A DNA stretch of 64,000 bases from Shigella phage Shfl2, in the sequence record HM035025. One strand, written 5' to 3'. This document shows, in pieces, positions 39,831 through 50,186 of this stretch (position 1 is the stretch's first letter; each line of letters starts with the position of its first letter). A model generated the notes under the pieces. It worked only from the letters and a program-made list of their open reading frames with translations, ran no database searches and was not told where the DNA came from. The translations under genes and the position numbers were made by a program.

Positions 39831-40043
39831 CTATTCCTTACTAAGAGCAGCATTCAGCTTATTAGTAATTTTATCCAGACGCTCATTGAACTCACTAGAA
39901 GATAGTCCTTTTTCTGGAGAAATCAAACTAATCACGAAAAATATAGCAATAAAAGGAATAAGGAAAATAGCTCCAACTGCCATAAACAGAAAGAATGTTA
40001 CAGTTGTAAGAAAATCAGCTAAACCTTTACGAAATTTATACAT
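39831..40043 (-). CDS. small membrane protein
   Basis: 70 aa; one long hydrophobic segment. Confidence 0.45.
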   Translation of the reverse strand: MYKFRKGLADFLTTVTFFLFMAVGAIFLIPFIAIFFVISLISPEKGLSSSEFNERLDKITNKLNAALSKE

Positions 40044-40161
40044 TTACCTTTACCTTTAATTGATTAACCAAGCATTGATAAGTACTAAACTATATTGTGA
40101 ATAAAATTCTGGACCAAAATGAAAAATCATATCATTTATAGTATCCATAATGTAATTCAAT

Positions 40162-40632
40162 TTAATCATGTTTCCACACCCCATCGGTATTTGACCAAAG
40201 TCGCTGATTATCTGATCCTCGCCACAGCTTTTTAGTCGGAAGATTTTTCTCATACTTCCCATCAATAATAACATCAACATATTTAAGCATTTCTAGTTGT
40301 TTAATATCTTCAAACTTATATCCTGTCCACAACCAAATGCTTTTATTGGGATAAAGATTTTTTACTGTTTGAACAATACAATGAATAACATCGCGGTTAT
40401 CAGGATAAAGAGGGTCACCTCCAGTTATAGTTAATCCTTCTATATAATCATTATTCAAACATTCAATTAATTGTTTTAGTGTTTCACCAGTGAATGGAAC
40501 GCCATTTCTAGCATTCCATGTTGATTTATTATAACACCCTTCGCATTTATGCAAACAACCTGTAACGAAAAGAACGACCCTGCAACCAGGGCCATTCACA
40601 AAATCGCAAGGATAAAATCTATCATAATTCAT
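40162..40632 (-). CDS. nrdG: anaerobic ribonucleotide reductase activase (radical SAM)
   Basis: 156 aa; CxxxCxxC cluster (GCLHKCEGC). Confidence 0.92.
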   Translation of the reverse strand: MNYDRFYPCDFVNGPGCRVVLFVTGCLHKCEGCYNKSTWNARNGVPFTGETLKQLIECLNNDYIEGLTITGGDPLYPDNRDVIHCIVQTVKNLYPNKSIWLWTGYKFEDIKQLEMLKYVDVIIDGKYEKNLPTKKLWRGSDNQRLWSNTDGVWKHD

Positions 40633-42446
40633 TGGTGTTTAACCCTATGCATGATTTCTTTATTTTTGCCAAGATTAAATCCGCGCTCGTTCGGATTTCC
40701 CAAATAACCACATGTTCTTCTTATTGTGTTCATCTTTTTAGGATCAGTTTCTCCACAGATAGAACAAACAAATCCGTTTTCAGTAGGAGTCATTTCATGG
40801 GTACTTCCGCATGTAAAACACTTATCTACTGGCATATTAACACCAAAATAATCTAAATGCTGTGCAGCATAATCCCACACGGCCTCAAGACCTTTTAAGT
40901 TATTTTTCATATCAGGAAGTTCAACATAAGAAATGTGACCACCTGTCGCAATGAAATGATATGGCGCTTCACGAGAAATCTTTTCAAACGGAGTAATATT
41001 TTCTTCTACTGAAACGTGGAAACTGTTAGTGTACCAGCCTTTATCGGTAACATCTTTTACACTTCCATATTTTTCTGTATCAAGTTTACAGAAGCGGTAA
41101 CAAAGGTTTTCAGCAGGAGTCGAATATAAACTAAAAGCAAATCCGGTTCTTTCAGTCCACTGCTTAAGACGAGCATTCATTTTAGTTAAAATTTCTTGTC
41201 CAATATCACGACCGACAAGAATATTCAATTCGTGAATACCAATGTATCCCAAAGACACTGAACTTCTGCCGTTTTTAAATAACTCAATTATATCGTCATC
41301 AGGTTTAAGACGAACCCCGAATGCACCTTCTTGGTAAAGAATAGGAGCAACAGTCGCTTTAACTCCTTTTAAGGAACTAATTCTACACATCAATGCTTCA
41401 AAACATAAATCCATTCGCTCATTGAATAATTCAGTAAATTTCTGTTCATTGAACTGTGTTCCAATATAAGAATCTAACGCGATGCGAGGAAGATTCAGTG
41501 TTACAACACCAAGATTATTACGTCCATCAAGAATTTCATTACCAGTCGAATCTTTCCATACGCTCAAGAAACTACGGCAACCCATTGGAGAAACAGGAAC
41601 AGATGAACCAGTGATAGCTTTATTGTTCTTAGCCGAAATGATGTCAGGATACATTCTTTTGCTTGCGCATTCTAAAGCAAGCTGCTTAATATCATAGTTC
41701 GGATCGTCTTTATAAAGATTAACACCTTCTTCAACGAACATAACAAGTTTAGGGAAAATAGGAGTTATCCCGTCACGACCAAGACCTTTAATACGATTTT
41801 TCAGAATTGCTTTCTGAATCATTCGTTCAGTCCAGTCAGTTCCCGTACCAAATGTAATTGTTACAAAAGGCGTTTGCCCGTTTGAACTAAAAAGAGTATT
41901 TACTTCATATTCATAAGCTTGAAATGCATCGTATACGTCTTTTTCTGTTTTAGATTGAGCATAATTCAACGCATCAGCGATTTGCCATTTTTCTGCATCT
42001 TCAATATGTTTTGCATAGGTGCGTTTAACATAAGGAGAAAGTACTTTATCTACATTCGCAAAAGTCGTTCCGCCGTATTGATGGGAAGCAACCTGTGCAG
42101 TAATTTGTGCCATAATTGCAGTAGCAACACCGATTGATTTAGGAGTTTCAATCTGTGCATTACCGAGCTTAAATCCGTTCTCAAGCATTCCTTTTAAATC
42201 TACTAAACAGCAATTAGTAAATGGAAGAGCAGGGGAATAATCAATATCATGGAAATGGATAATTCCGCTTTCATGTGCTTTCATAATAAAAGACGGGACC
42301 ATATTTTTGGCAATGTGCTTAGACACAATACCAGCCATAAGGTCCCGTTGAGTTGGAAAAACACGAGAATCTTTATTAGCATTCTCGTTTAAAAGGTCTT
42401 TATTAGTTTTATGAATCAATCCTTCAATTTCTTTTTCAATTGTCAT
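40629..42446 (-). CDS. nrdD: anaerobic ribonucleoside-triphosphate reductase, uninterrupted
   Basis: 605 aa; C-terminal zinc ribbon and glycyl radical region; continuous ORF with no intron. Confidence 0.95.
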   Translation of the reverse strand: MTIEKEIEGLIHKTNKDLLNENANKDSRVFPTQRDLMAGIVSKHIAKNMVPSFIMKAHESGIIHFHDIDYSPALPFTNCCLVDLKGMLENGFKLGNAQIETPKSIGVATAIMAQITAQVASHQYGGTTFANVDKVLSPYVKRTYAKHIEDAEKWQIADALNYAQSKTEKDVYDAFQAYEYEVNTLFSSNGQTPFVTITFGTGTDWTERMIQKAILKNRIKGLGRDGITPIFPKLVMFVEEGVNLYKDDPNYDIKQLALECASKRMYPDIISAKNNKAITGSSVPVSPMGCRSFLSVWKDSTGNEILDGRNNLGVVTLNLPRIALDSYIGTQFNEQKFTELFNERMDLCFEALMCRISSLKGVKATVAPILYQEGAFGVRLKPDDDIIELFKNGRSSVSLGYIGIHELNILVGRDIGQEILTKMNARLKQWTERTGFAFSLYSTPAENLCYRFCKLDTEKYGSVKDVTDKGWYTNSFHVSVEENITPFEKISREAPYHFIATGGHISYVELPDMKNNLKGLEAVWDYAAQHLDYFGVNMPVDKCFTCGSTHEMTPTENGFVCSICGETDPKKMNTIRRTCGYLGNPNERGFNLGKNKEIMHRVKHQ

Positions 42447-42916
42447 TTTAAACTCTTTCTAAGCTGCTTCTTGAATGAAGCTATTAACTGTGTTTTTGTG
42501 TCAGATTCATTATATTCAAATCCTCTTTGAAGCATCTCGGCCATCATTTCCTCTTTTCCTAAACGAGAAAATTCCTTTGATTTATCTCCAACGAAGTTAG
42601 GGTGAATATTATTTTGGGTGTAATCGGATTTTAAATAAGTAAGTAAATTTTCTAACCATTCAAGATAATCAACACCTTGTCCCTTTAAGCCAGAACGATT
42701 AAATTTGTGCTTCATTTGACCTTCTGCGGCATTACAGAGATTACAAAGCAATCCACGTACCTTTCCTGCTTTTGGTCCATTTAATTCATGGTCATGGTCG
42801 AGGTGATTAGCTTGAACATCAGGATTTAGTTCTCGTTGGCAAATTAAGCATTTACCGTTTTGTGCATCATAAAATTTCTGTTTTTCTTCTTTATATAATT
42901 TGCCAGTCAATAACAT
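42443..42916 (-). CDS. 49: endonuclease VII (Holliday junction resolvase)
   Basis: 157 aa; MLLTGKLYKEEKQKFYDAQNGKCLICQREL...; Cys-rich zinc site; T4 gp49 size. Confidence 0.92.
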   Translation of the reverse strand: MLLTGKLYKEEKQKFYDAQNGKCLICQRELNPDVQANHLDHDHELNGPKAGKVRGLLCNLCNAAEGQMKHKFNRSGLKGQGVDYLEWLENLLTYLKSDYTQNNIHPNFVGDKSKEFSRLGKEEMMAEMLQRGFEYNESDTKTQLIASFKKQLRKSLK

Positions 42917-42957
42917 AATAAACCCTTACCTTAAATAGATAAGGGTATTTATTATTT

Positions 42958-43461
42958 TCAAGTATTGTAAAACATTTGATTCAATCGCTTATATTGCCGA
43001 ATCTTTTGGTCAGAAAAAGAAATTTGGGTTTCAAGCCATTCAATATATTCTGCCGCAGCTTGCATCAAATTTCCTTCATAGCCATCGTTATTTTCTTGTG
43101 CAGCTAATTTAGCTAATGCGTATGGAATACGTTCACCTTGAAAATCGGCTTTAGGCTTCTGAACAACTTGATTAGTTCTCTCTACAACTTCTTCAATTTC
43201 ACCATTTTCTACTGATTCAGTATTCCACAAGCACCAATACGTAGTTGGCTTATCGTAGATGTTAATAATCTTTCCATCAGAAAGTTCAATTTCAATAATT
43301 CCAGTATCAGGTTCTATATCATCTTCACATTCTTTTGCAAGTTCACGAACTTTAAAGACAGTACCTGCACTAAGTTCCGGCCAGTAATTACATAGCTCTT
43401 TATCAGCACGATTAATTCTAAACCACTTATCTACTGTAATCATGTCCCATCTCCATATCAA
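42958..43461 (-). CDS. hypothetical protein (size and position compatible with T4 pin)
   Basis: 167 aa; synteny only. Confidence 0.35.
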   Translation of the reverse strand: MIWRWDMITVDKWFRINRADKELCNYWPELSAGTVFKVRELAKECEDDIEPDTGIIEIELSDGKIINIYDKPTTYWCLWNTESVENGEIEEVVERTNQVVQKPKADFQGERIPYALAKLAAQENNDGYEGNLMQAAAEYIEWLETQISFSDQKIRQYKRLNQMFYNT

Positions 43462-43565
43462 TTAAGTCATTTATTGTAGGTTCATTATATACTGTTTCTT
43501 CATCAGTGTAAACCGGTTCTTCCGGCTCTGGCTCTACAGTTTCCCATCTAGCCGCCCACCAAGGT

Positions 43566-43775
43566 TTAACCCCGAAGCTTATTAAGTTCTTCATAATCAA
43601 TCCAGGATTCTAGTCCTGATGGCAAATCAGATTCAATTTCCCAAAGAAGTTCTTCAATTTTCTGAAGACGATCTAGTTCTTCGGCTGGAATAGTAACCAT
43701 TGACGGAGCTCGTGATACATTAATATCGTAAATCATATTTACCCCAGTTTGACCATGCAATCGCCGTATTTCCAC
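43566..43775 (-). CDS. hypothetical small protein
   Basis: 69 aa ORF. Confidence 0.4.
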   Translation of the reverse strand: MEIRRLHGQTGVNMIYDINVSRAPSMVTIPAEELDRLQKIEELLWEIESDLPSGLESWIDYEELNKLRG

Positions 43776-43954
43776 TTAGAAATAGACTTTTCACCGTTAG
43801 AATAATAAACTTCGAGTTTAGCACGATTATTTTTAATTTGAATAACCTTTGCTGTCATCAAAGTTCCATACCCATAGTAAACTGCAACTTCATCACCTAC
43901 ATATACCGCGCTTCCGCGGTAATCGTGAATATAGTCAGTTCCTTCGAGCATCAT
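43739..43954 (-). CDS. hypothetical small protein
   Basis: 71 aa ORF. Confidence 0.4.
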   Translation of the reverse strand: MMLEGTDYIHDYRGSAVYVGDEVAVYYGYGTLMTAKVIQIKNNRAKLEVYYSNGEKSISKWKYGDCMVKLG

Positions 43955-44214
43955 TTAAAATATTCTCGCAGTTGGTCAAATCCACCAATATGACTTCCAT
44001 CAGGAGCAAATACCTGAGGCATTGTCAAGCCGATTTGAGTATCACGACCTAGTTTCGTTAGAAGCTCAGCGATTTTCTCATCATCAAAAACACCTTTTTC
44101 CGGCATAATGTTGATAAATTCAAATGGCTGTTTCTTCACGGTCAAAAGACGTTTTGCATTATCGCAATACACACATTTGTGGATGTTGCTATCATAGCCA
44201 TATACTTTAAACAT
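43951..44214 (-). CDS. nrdC: thioredoxin/glutaredoxin NrdC
   Basis: 87 aa; CVYC active site; MFKVYGYDSNIHKCVYCDNAKRLL... Confidence 0.9.
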   Translation of the reverse strand: MFKVYGYDSNIHKCVYCDNAKRLLTVKKQPFEFINIMPEKGVFDDEKIAELLTKLGRDTQIGLTMPQVFAPDGSHIGGFDQLREYFK

Positions 44215-44215
44215 A

Positions 44216-44458
44216 TTATTCCTTAATTCCTAGTACTTGTTTAAAAGTCTCGTCGTAATCAAGACTTTGGCCCGTTTGTTCTTTATGTTTGTATATAATA
44301 TCACTTACTTCTGATAGCATATTTTTATATGAACGAGTTAAAGCAGATTTAAGCACGCTGTATCTATCAGGAAATTTACCATGTTCATTATAATAAGCTA
44401 TTGCTAATTCACGGACTGCCTTTTCAGCAGCCTCCATATATTCTTTACGCTTGGTCAT
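44216..44458 (-). CDS. hypothetical protein
   Basis: Start probably [15 protein letters not shown] (81 aa); the track's longer form overlaps the next ORF. Confidence 0.4.
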   Translation of the reverse strand: MTKRKEYMEAAEKAVRELAIAYYNEHGKFPDRYSVLKSALTRSYKNMLSEVSDIIYKHKEQTGQSLDYDETFKQVLGIKE

Positions 44459-44762
44459 TTTCTTCTCGGTCAAATCGGTGTTTACAATGGCGGCATTTAT
44501 AACGAAGATTACTAGTCTGCCAATGGACCAATTGCACCTGTTCAGTTCCACATTCAGGGCAATTAGGAACGTTTTTAGAAGCCCTTTCGCGACGTTTAAC
44601 CATAGCCATAATGGCATCCCATGCTGGAGGTTTAAAATCTAAATCGTCACAACCATGAATCTTTCCACGCATTTCCATATCATCTTCCTCACCAGCCATA
44701 ATAATTTTAATTAAACTGGAATTACTTGAAGCTGCAATGTCTTCTAATAGACGCTTTTTCAT
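44445..44762 (-). CDS. zinc-ribbon protein
   Basis: 105 aa; CPEC...CRHC pairs. Confidence 0.45.
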   Translation of the reverse strand: MKKRLLEDIAASSNSSLIKIIMAGEEDDMEMRGKIHGCDDLDFKPPAWDAIMAMVKRRERASKNVPNCPECGTEQVQLVHWQTSNLRYKCRHCKHRFDREENDQA

Positions 44763-45688
44763 TTCAATACCTCAATAGCATTACGTAAACCATTTGCTTT
44801 TGCATTAAGAGCTTTTAACAATTTGGTGTGTTCTGCAATTTGGGCTTCAACTTCAATCAAACGAGCATTGAGATATTCGCGTTCTTCACTCAGATTATCA
44901 ACCTTTTCTACTTTAGGCTCTTTTACAACTGTCTTATATGTATTAGGGTTCTTCAGTTTAATTAGAATGCGTGAACTGTATAACATTGAACCATTATCTT
45001 CGGTTTCGTCATACATTTCTACTACATCCATAATTTTTAACATCATGCGGAGTTTATAAGACAACGAACGAATAGTTTTGTTGTGCTTATTAATTTCTTT
45101 AGCTGTCATGGTGCCGAGATTACGTGAGTAATAATAAGGAACCTGGATATTAATTAATACTGATGAACCACCTGGCTTGTGTGTTACTTCATCAGCAATA
45201 ACCCAATCCTTAACATGAACTGTATTTGTACGGTCATCGCCCGCGGTAAATAGTTTGCGAGCATGCTTAAAAAGCATATTCACTTGGTCATTGAATTGAC
45301 AAGCAAATTTATCAGCAAATTTAGTTTCAGGAATGGTAGATAACCAATCAGCCAAATGGGTCTTTTTAACATCGTTAACAATAGTAAATTCAACCAAATC
45401 AGTTATAGATGTCTCAGATTTAATAAAGCTCGGCTTCATAAAGTTTTTAATGTTATCGCGAGCTACAGTAGAAGATAACATACGAGAACGTTTAAACCAT
45501 TGAAGCAAATTGCCCAACGAATGAGAATAAGCGTTTTGAGTATCTTTACAGATATGATTTTCCTGGCCAACATATTGAAGGAAATCACGAAGAATATTAT
45601 TGATTACTGCTCTGTGTCCGATCTGATAATTACGGTGTTTAGTAATAAGACTGTCAAAATAATCAATATAATGTTTACGAGTTTTCAT
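44759..45688 (-). CDS. paralog-array protein 1 (C-terminal coiled coil)
   Basis: 309 aa; starts MKTRKHYIDYF; shares a central block and C-terminal heptad-rich tail with the next three ORFs. Confidence 0.55.
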   Translation of the reverse strand: MKTRKHYIDYFDSLITKHRNYQIGHRAVINNILRDFLQYVGQENHICKDTQNAYSHSLGNLLQWFKRSRMLSSTVARDNIKNFMKPSFIKSETSITDLVEFTIVNDVKKTHLADWLSTIPETKFADKFACQFNDQVNMLFKHARKLFTAGDDRTNTVHVKDWVIADEVTHKPGGSSVLINIQVPYYYSRNLGTMTAKEINKHNKTIRSLSYKLRMMLKIMDVVEMYDETEDNGSMLYSSRILIKLKNPNTYKTVVKEPKVEKVDNLSEEREYLNARLIEVEAQIAEHTKLLKALNAKANGLRNAIEVLK

Positions 45689-45740
45689 ATTCTTCTCACT
45701 TGGTTAATGATTTATACTCCGAGCCATCCCTGGCTTTAAA

Positions 45741-46742
45741 TTACTTAATTAACTGTAAAGCTTGTTCAAGACGATCAAGACGATTAACGGATTCTTCCCA
45801 AATCTTTTTAGCCTGCTCATATTCTTTCTGCGCTTTATTAGAAATTTCTAGAACTTCTTTATAAGCTTTTTCTAGTGCAATAACTTCTGGACGAATTTCT
45901 ACCGGTTCAGGAGAATCATCAAGATTATCCATTAGTTCCTCAAGGGTAGTTTCTTCTTTAGGAGTATTCACAATTTCATCACATTTTTGTTGGTAAATTT
46001 CTTTATCAGTCGGTGAGTACGCACACTTTACTTCACGAAGACTAACTACAATTTTATATCCTTCCCAACCGCATATATTCTTAAAAGGATATGTATGAAT
46101 ATTTTCTACTGTTTCCATACAAAGTAATGCAGTCTCTAACTGACGAGTTATAGTGCTAGCAATTGAGAAAAATTTATTAATATTCTTTTGGTTAGCGTTT
46201 GGTGTAAAAAATCCATAATTCACAAAAATAGCTACTTTATTTTCATCAAGCTCATATTCTTTTACGATAATCATATCAGAAGCCAAAGGATGAATTTGAC
46301 GATAATCACCATAACATAATTTAGAAGCTGATTTTAGAATTTGCTTCTTAAAAAGTCTGAAATTACTAATCCAACGACGAGTAAAAATATTCTCAGGGTC
46401 TTCTTTATTATTAAGATGATAAGAATTAACATCACCGAACCAATTATATCCTACTACATCTTTGGTTCGTTTAATTTCTTTCCCAAAATTACCAAGAATA
46501 TCCCGATTAACCAAATATGAAAGAAGACGAGACTCTTTAAAGGTTTTCTTGATAACATCTTTATCTACACGACTAGAAATTTTACGAATTTCATGAATAA
46601 ATTTAGTAGAAGAAACAATACTTGCATCAACACTATTGAGCCATTGATTGATAATAGAAAGAACGATATTTTGACCAAACATCGGTATAGCTTTATCATC
46701 AATAACGCTATTGAATGATTTGATATATTCGTTACGAGTCAT
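45741..46742 (-). CDS. paralog-array protein 2
   Basis: Start probably MTRNEYIKSF (333 aa); central block RWISNFRLFKKQILKSASKL. Confidence 0.55.
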   Translation of the reverse strand: MTRNEYIKSFNSVIDDKAIPMFGQNIVLSIINQWLNSVDASIVSSTKFIHEIRKISSRVDKDVIKKTFKESRLLSYLVNRDILGNFGKEIKRTKDVVGYNWFGDVNSYHLNNKEDPENIFTRRWISNFRLFKKQILKSASKLCYGDYRQIHPLASDMIIVKEYELDENKVAIFVNYGFFTPNANQKNINKFFSIASTITRQLETALLCMETVENIHTYPFKNICGWEGYKIVVSLREVKCAYSPTDKEIYQQKCDEIVNTPKEETTLEELMDNLDDSPEPVEIRPEVIALEKAYKEVLEISNKAQKEYEQAKKIWEESVNRLDRLEQALQLIK

Positions 46743-46770
46743 ATTAATCTCCTCATTAGAAAGTAAGAAC

Positions 46771-46800
46771 ATTATACCACATCCTTGTGGCGAAGTAAAC
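46771..46800 (-). promoter_or_regulatory. T4-type early promoter, near-identical copy of the rIIA.1 promoter
   Basis: Contains the same 19 nt TTATACCACATCCTTGTGG and AAGTAAACTA as 2148-2180. Confidence 0.55.
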
Positions 46801-47825
46801 TAGTTTAGTGCATTTAGTGCATTGTTCAGTTTAGAACGTTGCTTTGTCAGATTTTGAACCCTTGACTGAGCTTGTTCTAACACCTTTTCAGCTTCTAGCA
46901 CTTCATTGGTCGCTTTAAAGAGTTCATCATCTACTGCCTTAAGAGACTTCTCAATCGCGTCAGCGTGCCATTTTTCTACAGGTTTAAGACTCGGATTTTC
47001 AACAGGAAGAAAATTCACTTTATTGAATTTCCATGCATCATTATTACCTGAACTATACATCCAAAATTTAGAATCGTTTGATGAGCAATTGGATAAATTT
47101 AAATTTAAGTTATCTTGCACTTCTTGCTTTTTCTCTTGCGGGACTTCGTCCTTTCTCAAAAAATCGTATTTAAATGAAACAATCATATCAAGTTCATATG
47201 TTGTCGTATCTAACTTAAATCGTTCAAAACGAGGTAAAATCTTAGATTGAACAGCAGCAACAACATCCATATACTTAAATGCTTCTGTCAACTGTGATTT
47301 AAGGCATTCACAAATTGAAAGAGAATTTTTTGTATTAGGTTTAAAGCTAATTCGTGCAGTTCTATTATTTTCTTTTAATGGTCTTACTTCCATCTGAAGA
47401 GTATAACCATCAAATTTCAGATTCTTTAAGTTAATATCAGAACCTTTTAATCGACTCGCAGTTGATAAAATTTGCTTTAATTGTCTACGGAACAGAGCAA
47501 TAAATCTCCATTCAATACGATAATGATTTGGATTGAAAAATCCAGATGATAAATCGACCTTACTTTGACCAACGCCTTGAACAAATAGAGGATTTTTATA
47601 ATCAATAGTTTTACAGAAATCGGTGAGCTGCTCACGAGCAGTCATTTGTGTAATATACCCCGCTTTACTAAAATGACGTAACCATTCACTGCTATTCATA
47701 TATTTAAAGTGAATATCACGATTAACTTTATCAGGGTCTAAATTATTTTGGCACAAAAATGTCATAACATCACGAGTATAGCTGGCATTACGAATCATAT
47801 CTTCAATTTGAGAACGAGTTTTCAT
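46800..47825 (-). CDS. paralog-array protein 3
   Basis: 341 aa; starts MKTRSQIEDMI; central block EWRFIALFRRQLKQILSTASRL. Confidence 0.55.
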   Translation of the reverse strand: MKTRSQIEDMIRNASYTRDVMTFLCQNNLDPDKVNRDIHFKYMNSSEWLRHFSKAGYITQMTAREQLTDFCKTIDYKNPLFVQGVGQSKVDLSSGFFNPNHYRIEWRFIALFRRQLKQILSTASRLKGSDINLKNLKFDGYTLQMEVRPLKENNRTARISFKPNTKNSLSICECLKSQLTEAFKYMDVVAAVQSKILPRFERFKLDTTTYELDMIVSFKYDFLRKDEVPQEKKQEVQDNLNLNLSNCSSNDSKFWMYSSGNNDAWKFNKVNFLPVENPSLKPVEKWHADAIEKSLKAVDDELFKATNEVLEAEKVLEQAQSRVQNLTKQRSKLNNALNALN

Positions 47826-47833
47826 GGTGTTCC

Positions 47834-48760
47834 TTAAGATTTAAGTAAATCAACAATTTTAATTAACTTTTCACGCTCAGATTTAGCTTTACTACTCAAT
47901 CCAGATAGTCTAAAAATTTCATCATCATATTGTTGAATAGAAATATTCAGCTCTTCAATCTGTTTATTAAAATAATCAATTTGTTCAGAATGTTTTTCGT
48001 TACTACGAACTGGTACAGGTTTTGTAGGCAATGTAGTTGAACTGGATTCATTCGGGCGATAAATTAAAATACAACTTGAACCAATAGGGCATTTTGCACC
48101 AGATGAATATTCTAATGTTCCAGCTTCTTTTAAAACTTCAAAAGCTAAACAGAGATGATGCCCCATATTAACATAATCTGTAGAGTGAGCTCTGATGTAA
48201 TAATCATCGCCACGAATACTAAATTTAAAGCATTTAAGGTCTTCTGTATTATTGGTCTTAAAAATCATTTGTTTATCTAGACCTTTAGCTAATCGAGCGC
48301 CTAATGCTAATAATCGGCGTTGATTTTCCCACAAATCCGCAATCATTTGATCGAATGATAATTTTGGCATCAGTCGACCATAAAGGTCATATCCTTTATT
48401 ATAATTACGAAGAATTTCACTCGCATTAATACGAGACAACGCTCCAATTTTATTAAGGGCTTTCATAATGCGATTAGATAAACTCATTCCAGACCCGTTT
48501 GTTCGCTGCAAATGTTTTTCTAATCCAAATCCAATATCAACTTTAAATTTATCTAAAATTTCGGCATGAACATCTCTGTCAATAACATTCAAATCCAAAG
48601 TTGAGTTAAATCTATGAAAAAATTTATCTGGCTCTGCACTGCGAAATACAGTCCATTCATTCATCATTTTTTTATTAACTAAAGATTTAATTACTGCATT
48701 GACATTATTAATTACTACTGACATATTTTCCTCACTCAATTTCAATTTTACTAAATACAC
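47834..48760 (-). CDS. paralog-array protein 4
   Basis: 308 aa; central block LWENQRRLLALGARLAKGL; C-terminal coiled coil. Confidence 0.5.
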   Translation of the reverse strand: MYLVKLKLSEENMSVVINNVNAVIKSLVNKKMMNEWTVFRSAEPDKFFHRFNSTLDLNVIDRDVHAEILDKFKVDIGFGLEKHLQRTNGSGMSLSNRIMKALNKIGALSRINASEILRNYNKGYDLYGRLMPKLSFDQMIADLWENQRRLLALGARLAKGLDKQMIFKTNNTEDLKCFKFSIRGDDYYIRAHSTDYVNMGHHLCLAFEVLKEAGTLEYSSGAKCPIGSSCILIYRPNESSSTTLPTKPVPVRSNEKHSEQIDYFNKQIEELNISIQQYDDEIFRLSGLSSKAKSEREKLIKIVDLLKS

Positions 48761-49139
48761 AGAATATGATTGAACAGACTACATAAGCACCACACACAGA
48801 TTGAACTAATACCATCCCAAAGAACCAAACAATATTATCAAACAGTGTCTGTTTTACGTCGAAAGGACGTAAACTTACAGTAATATTATCACCTTTTTCT
48901 ATTGAAGAATACATCTCTGGGGAAATATATTCACTAAATCTATAACCGTCTTTAAGTTCATATACGGCAATAAACGATAAACTAGACCCTTTTCCTTGTG
49001 TTCCTGTAATGGTATTAACTACAGTAACATCATAATCTTTATAATGCATATAATCATTAATTGCGTAATAACCGTATGCAACTACTACACATAAACAACA
49101 TATCAATAAATTCAATCTTTTAATTATCAACTGTTTCAT
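48732..49139 (-). CDS. membrane protein
   Basis: 135 aa; hydrophobic segments at both ends. Confidence 0.45.
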   Translation of the reverse strand: MKQLIIKRLNLLICCLCVVVAYGYYAINDYMHYKDYDVTVVNTITGTQGKGSSLSFIAVYELKDGYRFSEYISPEMYSSIEKGDNITVSLRPFDVKQTLFDNIVWFFGMVLVQSVCGAYVVCSIIFCVFSKIEIE

Positions 49140-49194
49140 AATAATCTCAATTAAAAGGGCTTAGAACCATTATACCATCCTTGGTATAAAGCGG

Positions 49195-49722
49195 TTATGC
49201 GAGTACCGTCTTTAACCGTTCTTCAAACTTCCGAAGAGTATTTTGGCGTTCAGCTCTTTGCTTTTTGTAAGTTTCAATACGCTCTGAAATGAGAGTGTAT
49301 CGTTCATTTACTGATTCTTTCATAAAATCAGGAATTTCACGAGAAGCTTTAATCTCATCAAATTTATCAATAACAGCTTGCTCTTCAGCAATTAAGTTAT
49401 CATACATTAAAATATCTTTCTTGATGAACTCAATATCTTCTTGAGTTACACGAGATAATTTAGATGCTTTATCCTTTTTGTACTGTTCGTTAGTATCACG
49501 AGACCAGTGTAATGTACGATTTTTATTCGTATTTTTGTAAATTTCTACAATACCAATTTCATCAATAATAACGATCCAATTCCAACGGGATTTGTAAATT
49601 TGTCCTCCATCAACAGTGATTTCACCTCCGATTGAGATGTCATTAAAGAACTTACTCTGTGCTTCAGATTTAAATTTACCATCGTTGTAATTTACTAAGT
49701 TGAAAATATCTTTAGCGTTCAT
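49195..49722 (-). CDS. hypothetical protein carried on a promoter cassette
   Basis: Start at MNAKDIFNLV (175 aa); the track's N-terminal extension is translation of the cassette leader. Confidence 0.5.
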   Translation of the reverse strand: MNAKDIFNLVNYNDGKFKSEAQSKFFNDISIGGEITVDGGQIYKSRWNWIVIIDEIGIVEIYKNTNKNRTLHWSRDTNEQYKKDKASKLSRVTQEDIEFIKKDILMYDNLIAEEQAVIDKFDEIKASREIPDFMKESVNERYTLISERIETYKKQRAERQNTLRKFEERLKTVLA

Positions 49723-49780
49723 TTTCTGTTCCTCCGTAGTTGATAGTTGTATAGTACCACAGAGGAACAGTCTTGTAAAC
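49720..49780 (-). repeat. repeated early-promoter/5'UTR cassette, copy
   Basis: gtaaac -35 at 49775-49780 and shared tatagtacc -10/leader block. Confidence 0.6.
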
Positions 49781-49782
49781 AA

Positions 49783-50097
49783 CTAAAAGAAACTTCTTTC
49801 ACAATTTTTTCCACTGAACCAAGCACTTACCGCTTTCTTAGTCTCAGGAGCAGTGTTATCCATAAACCATTCAAAGGCAGCCTTTTTATGATTCTGGAGG
49901 GCTTCTCGGGCTTTAATCTGCTCACGGTCTATTAACACTAACATATGAGCCTTTCTTGTCACAATGGGCTTCTTATGATTTTTTGAATACTCCCAATCAT
50001 TTGTCCATCGCATTGTCGTTGCGAACTGAAATACTGCTTCTTTAATTTTAGTTTCGTAAATTTCACGAGCCTTTGAGTATAACATCACTACCTCCAT
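49783..50097 (-). CDS. hypothetical protein
   Basis: 104 aa ORF. Confidence 0.45.
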   Translation of the reverse strand: MEVVMLYSKAREIYETKIKEAVFQFATTMRWTNDWEYSKNHKKPIVTRKAHMLVLIDREQIKAREALQNHKKAAFEWFMDNTAPETKKAVSAWFSGKNCERSFF

Positions 50098-50186
50098 TCA
50101 CCAGTTTAATTCTAGTCATCTTTTTGATGGCAGTCCATATAATCTATTTCTGAACTGCCTTTTTGTCATAGAAGTCCTCTTATGAA

